A stretch of DNA of 64,000 nt. It comes from Balanoglossus misakiensis (taxonomy: Eukaryota > Animalia > Hemichordata). The position numbers and the translations under genes are program-made. The DNA lies in contig CM082594.2 of assembly GCA_040954595.2 (NCBI GenBank), forward strand, positions 11,102,276-11,166,275, given 5' to 3'. The notes beneath the pieces were generated by a model. The model saw nothing but the letters and a program-made list of their open reading frames with translations, searched no databases and was not told the DNA's origin. How positions within the stretch are numbered: the stretch's first letter is position 1; the number at the start of each line of letters is the position of its first letter. Positions 13,301 through 26,200 of the stretch are shown here, one piece after another.

Positions 13301-15728
13301 AAAATGTCTGGTGAGAGCTTGTTGATAAATTCCTGCCTGTTGTTCTTTGGTCTTCAACTGGATCCAGTCAATGAAAAAATAAGTAAAAACCATTGTCACA
13401 AAAAAGAGGACATTCATATCATTCCATGTAGCTGTTGTTTCCTTTTATCATATATCAGTACGAGAGAACCGTGATAAAAACAAGATTTGAGAGTCAAGGA
13501 CTAGTCAGGGACGTCTTGAGTGTGGTGTCTTGGAGGTAATGCCATGGAAACGAACCACATGGATACTGGTGCATTATGGGACATTTAAAATGCAAGTCTC
13601 CAATATGTGCAAGGAGTTTTTTCAGTTTTCTTTTTCAATTAAGACAAACACAACCATAAGTACAATTTAATCTCTCTTTCACTTTATTTACGACCAGAAA
13701 TTACATAAAGTTAAGTTTTACAATTTCATATTTGCACAGCAAAAATCATATCATTAAATTTTGCTAAATCGCATTATATTCCAGGCAGTAATTTATAAAT
13801 AAAACAATCATTTTCTTTACAAGTTCATTTCAAGAATTCATTGTCATCCAATAATCATGCCAAATTCTTCCTATTTGCACTTTTTCATGCAAATATGTTC
13901 AAATATCACACGTACATAAAATAATTAAACTTTTGTATTCATGCAATAATGGAAGTCAATACCATAAACAGAAATGCTTCGCATATAAGGGTGTGATGTA
14001 CAGGTGCTTCACAGCTAGAGCTGATCAGAGTGAAAGCCAAAACTGGAAATTACAGGGGCGCAAGACGTGAGCATCCATTGTGCTTTGGTACTCCTATGCA
14101 TCACTTCCTTTCCGGGCAGACATGATGTCATAGATACTTCCTGTCGTGCACAGCAACAAAGACTTTTAATAGAATTAACAAGGTGCTGACAACTGACCAT
14201 CATTGTTGGCTGACAACCATCAATACATGATGGTTACTCAAAATAACCACTACAAATTAAACATTAAAAACCCTGTAAATTTGAAAGCAACAGATGAGAA
14301 AGATACATGGAAATAGTACATGTATCTCCATGATCGAGCTTGTTTAACTCGCCAGTGTCATTTGTAAAAACGTAAATGTCATATATGAGACGAGGGAAGG
14401 AATCAAAGTAAAGTACAAAAATGTTTGTAACCAAGGTAGTTTGAAAATCAAAATTATTTCTAATTTTGTCTGAAACTAACATGTACATGTAAATACAACA
14501 ATCTGACCTAACTCAGTAAAGGTGAGAATTGCAGGTGGATATTGGATTTGTTGAACGAGTTCCTGCAGATTAGATGTATAGTCTTTTTCCTGTCATGAGT
14601 ATCTCAACACACTTCCTTCAATTCATTGTTACCAACAAAATGATTTCCTGCGACAGTAATAACAGCAAGTCCGGCCGGTGCTAACACTGTATCCATGCAA
14701 GAAATGCTTTGTTTTCACAAAGTGACAGGATATTCATAAACCTGTGATTGCCTGATATCCTCAGGTGGACCTGGATGTCAATGACCACTTTATCTGCTGA
14801 CATCAAGGTCTCTTGCTTAAAAACAAAGAAAATGCTGCTTTCTGTGTCCACAACTATTCTACAAACTGTTTGACAGGTTTACCTGTCCACTTCCTTTGAG
14901 TAGGTTATTATTTTCAACCCCAATCAGAGGAAACAACCAGGGCCATTGTCGATATGGCCAAAATATTCACACTTAAATGAGTTCACCAAGGTCACTATAT
15001 CACTTAACAACAATAGTCTATCACCGATAGACTGTTCTACACACAGTTCCACCAGACTTGTTCAGATAACCTACTAACCAATCAGCCTTGACACTAAGCC
15101 ATTTTTTATGAAGTGTTTGTTCTTCAAGGACTGCGAATATTGTTTTGATGTGCAGCTAATATGCTATGCTGTTTGGGTCTTTCATCTATGAATCTACAAA
15201 GATAGTTCCTGCACTGATGTAAGGATCTGCTGGGTTGATCCACAGCCAGGGTTTCATGTACTTATTCACAAAACACATTATCAAAACAATCTTTGTCCCT
15301 CAACTGCCCCCTGGAATAATGATGGAAATCTGATGTTTTGGTCTGTTGCCAGATTTTACTATCAATCCCCTTTTATCAAATTTTTTATCCAAACAGCGCT
15401 TATCGGCAGAGAATAGAAACTTTGGCACAACTGTCGCTAAATAGTGGCATGATGAAATGTGGGGCATTTTATCTGATTTCCTGCCAAACTTTGAACGTGT
15501 TGAAAAATTTAAAGGGACATAATTGCTCTTTTCTCCCCACACTATTTTGACTTTTTTGTTTCATGCTAGTGGTTAGGTTGTTTTCCAAATCACATTGAAT
15601 TGTCGGTCATTGCAGCACCACTATCTTTATCTGCTTGTCTTCTATGTACTACACGTACTTTGATGATGTCATCAGTTTCAGTACTCATTCTACAGTTTAG
15701 TGGTAACCCTTGTACTTAGACATGTACA

Positions 15729-16330
15729 CAGATCCAGTGTCAATGATATGGTCTTCTCAGACAGGGCTATTCAAAGTTCAAGTTCAACAGTACCATAGAG
15801 GCATTGTGACATTGTCAGCAAGTTCAATGGTAGTATAATACAGCCACCACCATCAGCATAGTTAGTTTGGACATATTGGCCGGGTTATTTTTAAACTTGG
15901 ACAGTTTGTACTTGTCTGAATGAATTTTTAAAGTGCCATGACAAATGGTGGAACAGATCTATTGTCAATGATGTGGTCACCATGGTTACTGGACTATTTA
16001 TGAACTTCAAGGTCACTGGTGTCATAGAGTCCCTGTGAATGGTATTGTCAAACAGATCAATGATAGTTTACATGGAAAGTCAATGGCCACCCTAGATCGA
16101 TAGTGGACCTATTTTCTTCAGTTAAAACTCAGTAGTGATTCTGAACAATTGTCAACGACATTGTCATTCTAGACTTAGACAGTGGGCTACTTTTGAAGTT
16201 CAAAATCAATGTCACCATACAGATCCATTCTCAGCACAAGGTCAGCTGGAGGACAGGAGACCTTTTTTTTCTAAATTTGAACTCGGTCATGGAACTGTGA
16301 CAGTGTAAGTGATAATGTCATCATGACCCA
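15729..16330. repeat. Degenerate tandem repeat within the presumed STK11IP 3' UTR
   Basis: cagatc(c/t)a(g/t)tgtcaatgat(a/g)tggtc...g(g/a)ctatt...ttcaag...catagag recurs at ~15729 and ~15955, with weaker copies at ~16144-16240. Confidence 0.6.
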
Positions 16331-17250
16331 GGCCACTTGTTTATTCCCCACAGTTGTAGATCAGCTGAGGTGTTTATATCTCTACTGATGACAGTCAACC
16401 TGACCAGGTGGGCTAGGTTTATAGTTCTGAATCAATGCTGCAAATAATTCAAAATACCCTGTCTTTGTGGGAATCTCAATTTCACTTCAAAACAACACAG
16501 GTTTCTAACTCCTACACACAAAGGTTACTACTTAAAAATCCACCAACTTTGATGGACCCTTCACCCTAACCATTGAATAAATCAAATCCCCTACTTAGTA
16601 AACTCTTGACCTTCAGTAAAGGCTCTTCCAGACAAACGCCATTGTTAGTTTTCTGAGGTCATTTCAGGCCACAGATTTTTGCTTTAATATTGCTGTAAAA
16701 CAAATCAATATAACAATGGCTTTCATTTTACATGATGACCTTAAGTGACCCCATGAGCATGTAGCTGATTGGTTAATTTGACTTCAAATGCTACATTTAT
16801 ACTTTGGTAAATGTACATTGCACATATCTCGTCTTCAAAAATTTACCCTTTTTTTGAAAAAGAAAATGAATCACTGTTGTATCAGCATTCATATAAACAA
16901 AAACTTAACTGTAAGAACGCCAGCAAATCGTTTGTTTCTCAGTATTTGTGTAAAAAAATAACAGTCACTGCCGATGACTATTTCAGTGTCATATTCTGGC
17001 ACTGACAAAACCTTTATATAAAGGTTTCAGCAAATAAATAAACTATCCATGCTTCTTAATCTTGAAATTACAGTTTGACTGAAAGATGGACTGGCTGCTT
17101 TATCCAGTTCTTGTGGCAAGACACGTTGCATATTTCTGTTCTTTGAGCTTCTTGTTGATCACTATACCTCGGGGTCCATCAAAGCACCATCCTTTCCATC
17201 ACACACAGATGAGGCGATGGGCCATCCATCTCATAACAGCTGATACTTAT

Positions 17251-20200
17251 TTATAGATCCTGCAATAAAAAACAGAGAAATGCGTCAAAGCTTTCATCTG
17301 AAATGCCGCAACATGCACCCTGATTATTACACTAAATATTATTTTTAGATTCAAGGTTGCTAATCAGATAATTTAAAGAGCTCTGTCCATTTAGAAATGT
17401 TGCCTTCAATATCAACCAGGTTCTATTCACATACATGTACATGTATCTAGGTCAGAATGTGTTAGAGATGATATTATCTGTGTAAAATTATAGTAAATTA
17501 TAAATTTATTTTTCTTGATGAAATATATTTTAAACAAAGGGTATGATTAGCACAGTGGTTTTTTTCATAACATGGCTAGTGTTACAAGATTTACTGTGAC
17601 AGCCCTCTTGATAAAACATTATTAATTTCACATCAATGTTGATAAAAATATGACCACTCAATGTACCTCTTTGAGCTGGTTACCGCTTCATCAGATAAAG
17701 ACAGGAAACTAGATTATATGAACAGACTCAGGTATGGTATCTGATTTGCACTCTGGAAAAACACGTGAAGGTTATTACATCATTTAACCTTTTCAGTTTC
17801 AGATAAAATTTATAACTTATTAGGTATTCGGAGTGTAGGAATTTTGTCAAAACAACTGAAAAGTGTGCAAATATCTGGAACGGTTCAAGCTCCATTTTTT
17901 TAATGTTCTAGCTTCATCTTTATGCACTGGTTGGTACACTTGTTTCTGAAGTGGGTGGGACGGTTTCAATGTAGCCAGTGGAGAAATTCATGCAGATTTG
18001 CTGAGAGCGGCAGCTGTATGTTAAAACATGATGAAAGTAGATAACCCAGGCTACATCATGAGTACATTGTAGAGCGATGTAGAGACAGTTACCAAAAGAC
18101 ATTTACCAGCTGGACTTTTCTCATCCATCAGTTAGGGTTATGCCCGGGGGGTTAGGTGCCCAATAACTGGGAGGAACAGGGAGGTACATGGTGGACTGCA
18201 ACTCTTACATGGTCTATGCCATTTGTGTCACATCGAACTCTGAGATGCGAGTATTTTCTAAAGGAATATTGTGTCCATACATGAAAAATGAGACACTCTG
18301 TCAATATTTATTGATGGAACTTGAGACAAGTTTTGAGCGCAAACAATCAGAGTTAGGTGCGGACACACGCAACAGTGTGGGTGGATATTGTCTTTGCATG
18401 GATTACCGGCTTGCTGTAAAGCACAGATTCTGCTTGTAATTACTTGAGACTTCCGTACTGTGTGGGATATAAAGTAATTGATATATTCGATGGAACCAGG
18501 TGTGGTATCATTTTCATTCTATATTGAAGCAGCCAGCTTTGCCATGGGGATAGGGGAGGGGGTGGCCACACACAATCTGTTCAAGATGCAGGTGTGTCGC
18601 GTCAGTAACAGGAATGTTTGTGTTTATTGTGTGACATCCAGGCCTGGCAACCGACTTGGTTTTTGTTTGATTCCGTGGTGACAGACATAAACAAGACGAC
18701 TAGATACATCTCTGAGATCCAGAAAAGTCAAAGCCACAACCCTTCGGGTAGTTTAGTTTAGAAAATCAGGAGAAATTATCCCTGTTCTGACTGGTTCCGG
18801 CTGGTTGCCTGTTTTCACCACACAAGCTGAGTCTCAATGGAGCTGCACTTAGCAAAGTTGAATCTCGGTTCATAACTTCCTTGTACCCTGAATCACCTTT
18901 GAAATTCCCAAAATAAACTGTTGGTACTAATGGAAAGATCTAGAAGCTACAATGCTATATGTTTGAAAAACTTTAAATGGTCCATGGTTTGTCAATGGAT
19001 GGGCTAGTCCATTTGCCAGATGAGAGGGGTGAATCCCAGCTGTGACAAGCACTATCTCTTTTCTGTCAAGGGTGAGAAACTCTGTTTTGAGTTTTACTCT
19101 GTGAGCAGAAGAACCAAGTCAACAAAAGCCCATATTGAAATCAGACAATTGCATTGCCTCAGAAATGAGGAAGAAAGGGTTAACAAAAGAGCTTATCTGT
19201 CTGGCCATCCAGAAGATCAAAACATCTATTTTGTCCTCAAGATCAAAACATCTCTCGAAGAAAGGAAGACAGAGAAAAACACAGACAAAAACACAGTGAC
19301 TCAGATGTGTCGAAGACAGCATGATGAATAGACCATTCTGATCAAAGGGAGTTACCGCATGATGTTTACCAACACTGTAGAAACCCCTCCCCTGTACTAT
19401 ATGGCACACACTCAGCTAGCTGCAAAGAGATCTGTCCTTGTATATTTGCAAAGTTTCAATCCTTGGTGAGGATTTTCAGCTATACATGTCAAACTTGTAT
19501 AAACCTGTGCAGACAGAACTACCACAATGACTGTGGTGTAAAACACAACAAAGAAGCAAAAGCAGAACATGTCTTGTAAATTGACAGTTAAAGTAGTTAA
19601 TTGCCTTTTGACCACCACTTTGGTTTAACCCTGTGTTATTTAGTAATCAGTGGGCACTTTGCATTGAGGGAATTAGGGGTGGTAGGGTTAATGGTTAATG
19701 TGAGAGATGAACTTTTTGTGTGTGATTCGTTGGTCAATGCAGTGGGCGTAATATGGGGGTGAATTTCAATGAAGTTGGGCAAGTCTGGGCCCTAAATGGC
19801 AAAGGTTGGTGAGTAATGCTTTGAGGTGCTCTCCCATATAATTGCATCCCTTGCAGTGGTTTCCGCTGTCAGTAAAAATTCTCCTAAATCCAGATATGAA
19901 ACTTCCCAAAGAATATACCCTCACTGAATGACAAACAAGGCTGAGTCTTCATTCACCGACCTGTGTGGTTTTCAAATAGATCGCTTCCTAAAATTAATAG
20001 ACAGAAACGAATGACTTATGATGGCTATCATAAAACACTGCTGCCAATAGCTCAGTGAATAAAACAGCTCTGAGAATAGGGTGCTTTTTACAGCAACTTG
20101 AATACATGACTGACAGACTCCAACGTCTCATGTGATCAACAGAAGCCAATGTTTACAGCAGAGTATAACTATAAATGTAAATCCTGCTTCTGAACTTTTG

Positions 20201-23200
20201 CTCTTTTCATATGCAAGTGATCTCAGAATCAACATCCCCAGGCGAAGATAAAAGAATGGATGACTCACAGCTTAGCCTATTTTTTACCCCATTTCTTTAT
20301 ATCGGTGACAAGAAAATAGCATCAGCTACCAGCATTAAACATTTGAGACCTTATCGTGCAATCTGAAATATTCTAGTTATTGCCCCATGTTGACCTTTGA
20401 CCTGCCAGGTCAGAGTGGCTGTCTGGCATTACCAAACCAGGAATGTTTGATCATAAAAATGTTCAATGGACATGCTACCTTCGACACAGAAACTCTAAAT
20501 AATTATGCAAATCATAATCTCCAAATAGGTGTCCGGGGTTTAAAGGAATTTGACATCAGGATGAATCTCTCATCGTTAACACATTATGGCATAGTTTGCC
20601 ATATTTAAGAAAACACTTGGTACTGCGGATGTACTTATGAAATTATGATACAGGTACAAACAGATGCACCAGATGTTAGTGGACTTAATATTAGCCGAAC
20701 TGAAGTTGGATTATTAATATTCTGAAATATAATTAAGAATAATTAAAACATCACATGTCTAGTGTTGAGGCAAATATGAAAGATTACCACTGCTGCTGGT
20801 GTAAAAATAGTTCTGACTGAATGCCAAGACATTGAGAGCTTTGTTGTGACTAATCCTCAAGTTTCATTTATTGTACAATGAAATTCCCAGTGGTGTTCAC
20901 CCTGGGTTCAAACCATTGGGAGACTCAGACAACTAACTGATTACACTGAACTATTTCCAGACAAGCAGGGACAATGCCAACCCAACGCAAAACACAGAAC
21001 CTGAAATTCCTTGCCCTTTTCTAGCCAAAACTGAACAGAATTTCTCAACCCAAACCAAACAATAAGTACTGCCACGCTTATTATGATTTCACTAGGAACC
21101 TATGGTGGCGTTTTCAGAACGATTTCATTCAACTGAATGAACATCCCCACGCACAAATTCCTGGCACCAAAACCTCTGTGATAAATTGGTCTGATCGCTG
21201 TGAAAGAAAGCCAGTCTCCCATAGAGTACCATGTTGTGGTCTGACTATACCAAAAGGAAAGTTGGTCTCAGACCACATATAGAGAACCATTGGATGCTTG
21301 TCTTCTCAGATGATGTCATGGCACCAAGGGCAACGACCCAAACAATAGAGCCCACACAAGATCTGCCTGACTCCAGATTTCCAGGGAAATAGCAATTCTC
21401 TTAGTATTCCGCGGGGAGTCCCCAAACAAGCCAGGACAGGGTGATCGCATTGTACAACCCACAAAGACCACTGTATAAGTCTTAATGTTATAAAAGTTAT
21501 GAAAGCGAAAGAAGCAGTGTGTTGTGGAATGTGACTTTATAACTCACTGCACGATTCCATTCTATCTTTCTTTGAAGAATGGTCTCTGGCACAATGAAAC
21601 AAAAATGTGAACAATTTCCACAACAGCCCTCAAGTTGCCATTTTTTTGGAAATGCAGGTAATCAACATTTTTGTTACACAAGGTTCAAAAGAGATTACAC
21701 TTCATTGAAACACTTGGAAAAATATCCTGTCACTTACATGTATTGCTATCGTTGGGTGAACAATCGGTTGAAGATCAACATTGAATAATTTTTCCCATGG
21801 TTCCTTGATGGCAGTGATTAGTGAAGTGAGAGACGTCTCGGTCTCTGTTACAATGTCCCAACTTGTATCGTCATCTGTGTCCTGTAATATAAAATAATAC
21901 ATGATTGTGATGTTGCTTACAAATCATTTCAGAAGCTGGTTGACACCTCTTATGTGTGTGTTTGTTTTCTTGCAATATGGGTAAATGTATGTATGGAAAG
22001 GAGAATGGTGTTCAGTATATTCAAACAGGATCTGGGATTTACAGTTCTGTTCACTGTATCATCATTCTTCCACAGCTGCTGCACAAAGCTCTTCTGCTGT
22101 TTGTGAATGTCATTGTACTCAAAACAGAATTGAAGTCACTTAATCTTCTTTGCTCATGTTGTCAACATACAGACCAGTTCTATCTAAATTTATTCTGATG
22201 AAATGTCCAAATATCTATTTGCGTGAAAATCTGACTCCTTGCACTGTATAGTTTGTAAGTTACACTCATATGAACTATTCACCTTTCCATTCCAGAGAGT
22301 CAGTATACAAACAATAATACATATTTAAACTTAGCACTGTGGTCAAACGGTCAAACATAATCATTCTCTAGGGTACTGTGACATCGCTTCGCTATGTGAC
22401 TTGACCTCTGACCCATTCATAAATTTATCACAAGCTGGTTGGAAACAATGCACGACATTGTCAGCTTTTCGACAACCTGATCATTGTTAAATATGTTGGT
22501 TAGTAATTGGTACTTTAGGTTATTTCGGGGTTAAGGTTAAAGGTTAGGGGTCACTTGACAAGACCGCTCACGTTCGACACTTTGTTGAGAGTTGAAAGAC
22601 AGCTAAAGAGAGTGTTTAGAGAAATCATGAGTTTATAGATAAAGATGTGACAGTCTTTCAAAATTAGCAAAATTTATGATGACAATTCTCAGATAAACAT
22701 TTGAGTCAACAGTTGCAACAATGCAAACAGCAGATTTATTACAGCAAAGTGATAACATAAATTGTTATCAAGTATTTTAACACGACTTGGAAGTATTTCT
22801 GTATCAAGACTGTAGAGACAACATAGTGTTGTCTATATTATAGGAACATCAGAATTTCCCACCTAGAGCAAGTTGTTTATTGGGTGATGGCAGTAGTTAA
22901 TTCAGATTACTCACCTCATTGAAGAACTGTATTCTGATGTGACACGTTGCATCTTCATATAACTCCTGAAATGCAACCAGTGACAGGAAATTGTTGAAAT
23001 GTGCAAGAATTTCAGGTGGTTTATACTGTGGCACAGTTTGAGGGGATTCAAAGAATATTTATGACTGAAAATATCAGAAAATATCACATCAAAACAAATC
23101 TCTGTTCATCCAAGAGAATATAAACACATGTTTGACTTACTATTCCTGAGATATTGGTAATTTTTTGGTTACTCTTGCTTGTAAATTGTTTTGTTTTGAG

Positions 23201-26200
23201 GACAGCGGGGGATGGAGCCAGTAGCCGTGGCAACGGCCAATGGTGGTTTTCTTCAGCCAGGCACACATCCGTTGGCGTGACAACAACAGTGACAGGCGAC
23301 AGGGTCTTATCTCCTAAAAATAAAACAATGCTTTCAGGATAACCAGTAAAAGACTACTGTATCTGAATTCTGGAGAGGCTTACATTTATCTGAAAATCTG
23401 TTCTTTAATTGGACTTCTACAAGAGCTGAACTTATTAACATATATACTTCATAAACACCCCTAATCCTACTAACTCTATATTCACCAACTTGGTTTTGAA
23501 ATCCACTTAGCGCAACTTCAAGGAGCAACAGAGCTTCTTGTCATACACTTTGGCAAAGAGAGAGATTGATTCCCCTGACAAAGAAAAGTCTGTTGAAGTC
23601 TAAATGACAACCCTGATACTGTTACCTAGTACCAACATGAAAGTTACAAACACTTTGTCTGTTACCTAGCAACAGAGTACCGACTGTCTCATCAACTTTG
23701 ACCTCTGAAGGTGATTTTGTTCCCAATTGGCAATGGGGGTATACATGAAAACCGTTATCTCTGTGAAAAGCACACAGTAAATAACGCTGTTCGCTGTTGA
23801 TCCACAAATGCCTGAACAGCAGCCACAGAACAGACCATGTTATTTGACAAAGTCAACCAGACATTGAATATTTAAACTGCACTTGAAACTTGGGACAGTC
23901 TCAAAAATAAGGTCAATATTAGCACAGGGCGAACAGAGAGGACATGAACAAATATGAATTTTATAGTTTGGTTTTTGAATTTCACAATTTTGTATGCAGT
24001 ATAATTAACATGTGTGCAGTAAAAATAACAATTCCATCAGTAAATCCCAGATTAATTTTCTGGCTTATTTGCAAAATTATCCTGATTCCAGTTGCTGCAT
24101 TATTTACCTTGTTTGTTTTCAAGCTGTTGATATACATGTAGATACAGAGTCACAGCTGTGTCGGTCTCTACCAGGGCTTCATCAGACTGCTGCGTAAATA
24201 TCTGTGAGATGATGTGATCTACTGTGGATGACTGGTTCTCCTGACTGATTTCTTTCAGTTTATTGCTGGGATTATTGTGAAGAACACCTGGCAAATAAAG
24301 ACAAATGATTTTGATTGGTTGTCAGAAAGTATCTATGACATAACTGTCAACAAATCCTGACATAACTATAATTGACAAGAAATTTACCTGAAAGGCACTC
24401 AATGAATCGTTGACATCTATCAGAGTCTCTGACTAAAAACGTGTAACAGCCACTGTCATTAGCAAATTCTAGTCTGAACATCTGGTGACACAAACCAATA
24501 TCTATGTACACAAGATCTTTGATTGGATGCTGAGCTTTCTTTGACAACCAATCCGACGGTGTGCCTCTGTAAGAAATCAAATTGTTCAGTTTTACAACTA
24601 GGGGTTGCGAGAATCCAACTTTAAAAACAAAAGAACCCATCCAATTGATGCATGATGGCGTACTACCATATCAGGAGTCAAATCACCATGAATTCAGTGT
24701 TACATGTAGTTCAAAATGCAAAACATGTACTTTGAAATCTAGTACAACTAGTAGTCTTGCAAAGGAATCTCTGAAGAGTATACTTACGTTTCTGCCTTTG
24801 TGATCTTCAAGATGTAAACCATGTGACTTGATATCACTAACAGTGCCTGGAACTGGTCGGATTTTGAATAATGGAAAACTGGGGCCTACAACAAAGCAAT
24901 GAAATACAAATAGGATTAGAGAGGGAGAGAGGGTGTTGATTAAAAGTTTAAAGCATACATTTTCATTTTCACACTTCAAGTTTTTGTTAGATGCCACACA
25001 ACTAACCTTTAACAAGCATTCAAACTCTTCATCATCAAGTTTGAAGAGGCTCATCATGCAGTAGAGTTTCAATCGATGGTCCACAACGGTGAAGTTGTCA
25101 AAATTATACTCGATTGCGGACGCTGCTTTTTTCCGTGATTTCCCAGATTTGTGAGAGTCCAGACTGTCCGGAAATGATCCACTCCTTTCAAAGATGCTGG
25201 AGATGATGGATGTTGTTGTGACTGGTGTGCTGCTGAGGGAGTTTAGTGGTGTGATGTATGTTAAGTCGTCGTTCTCTTTTTGAGATGATGTCATCCATGT
25301 TTTGTCACTCTGTTTAGAGCCGTCGCTGTCTTGATCTAGGGTCCTTTCATACACACTTGCCACCAGACTGGCACACATGTCCGCCGTGATCGTACTGCTT
25401 GGATTGATCTCGGAATACACAGGGCTCATTTCGGCGTGCGTCGTCACATTCGTGTCGTAGATGCCACTCTCCGGGCTGTAGAGCTTCTCCGTGCTTGTAT
25501 TCCTTCCCAGCATGATGGATCCGTTGAGACTGATGCTTCGAGGGATTCCTGATGATCCACTGGAGCTGTCTGCACTGACAGTGCTTGCGTGCATGTCGTA
25601 GATGCTTGGTGCAGCTGCCTCGCTGCTTGGTGATGCAAGCACTGTGATGCTGCTCTGACTGGGGTTACTGAGCACTGCAATATCGCTGCTACTACTGTCG
25701 ATTTTTTCCCCACTGCCTTGCTTGCTTGCATTGTCTTCATGCTTACTTTGCTGAGATGTCCAACTTTGCCGTGAGCTCTTTAGCACCTCTACATCACTAT
25801 CCGCACCCCTGTGTTGAATGCCTTGATCCTGATAAGAGCTCTCTGATGGAACTCTCCCAAACGCAACATTCTCAATCGGCGTAGTCACGCTGGACTCAAT
25901 CGGCTCCTTTGGAAATCCCGGAGGATAATCCACGGAATTTACCGGCTTTCTTAACAGATCATCATTACCATGGATAGCACCCGGAATGAGGTCCCTCACT
26001 CTTTGTTCTTTCACCGGGGAACTTGTTCCGGATGCAGTTCTGGATGTGGCACTGCTGGAAGACCTCTTTCCAGTATGGGATCCGTCGCTATCAGAACTAC
26101 TGAGCATGTCAGCTGGCACCAAGGAATATCTCTGTGTGAAGGATTCCTTATTTTCTCCTTTTTTAAGAAGTTCCTGCACAACCTTGTCTGGTGGAAACTC

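Noticed and set aside
22525-22552. Telomere-like ggttaaggttaaaggttagggg (also ~18132 and ~19672)
   Set aside because: Too short and degenerate to be an interstitial telomeric array.
23625-23812. Possible extra STK11IP exon
   Set aside because: The best acceptors give an in-frame TAG, and the flanking exons already join in frame without it. At most a poison exon, which is unsupported.
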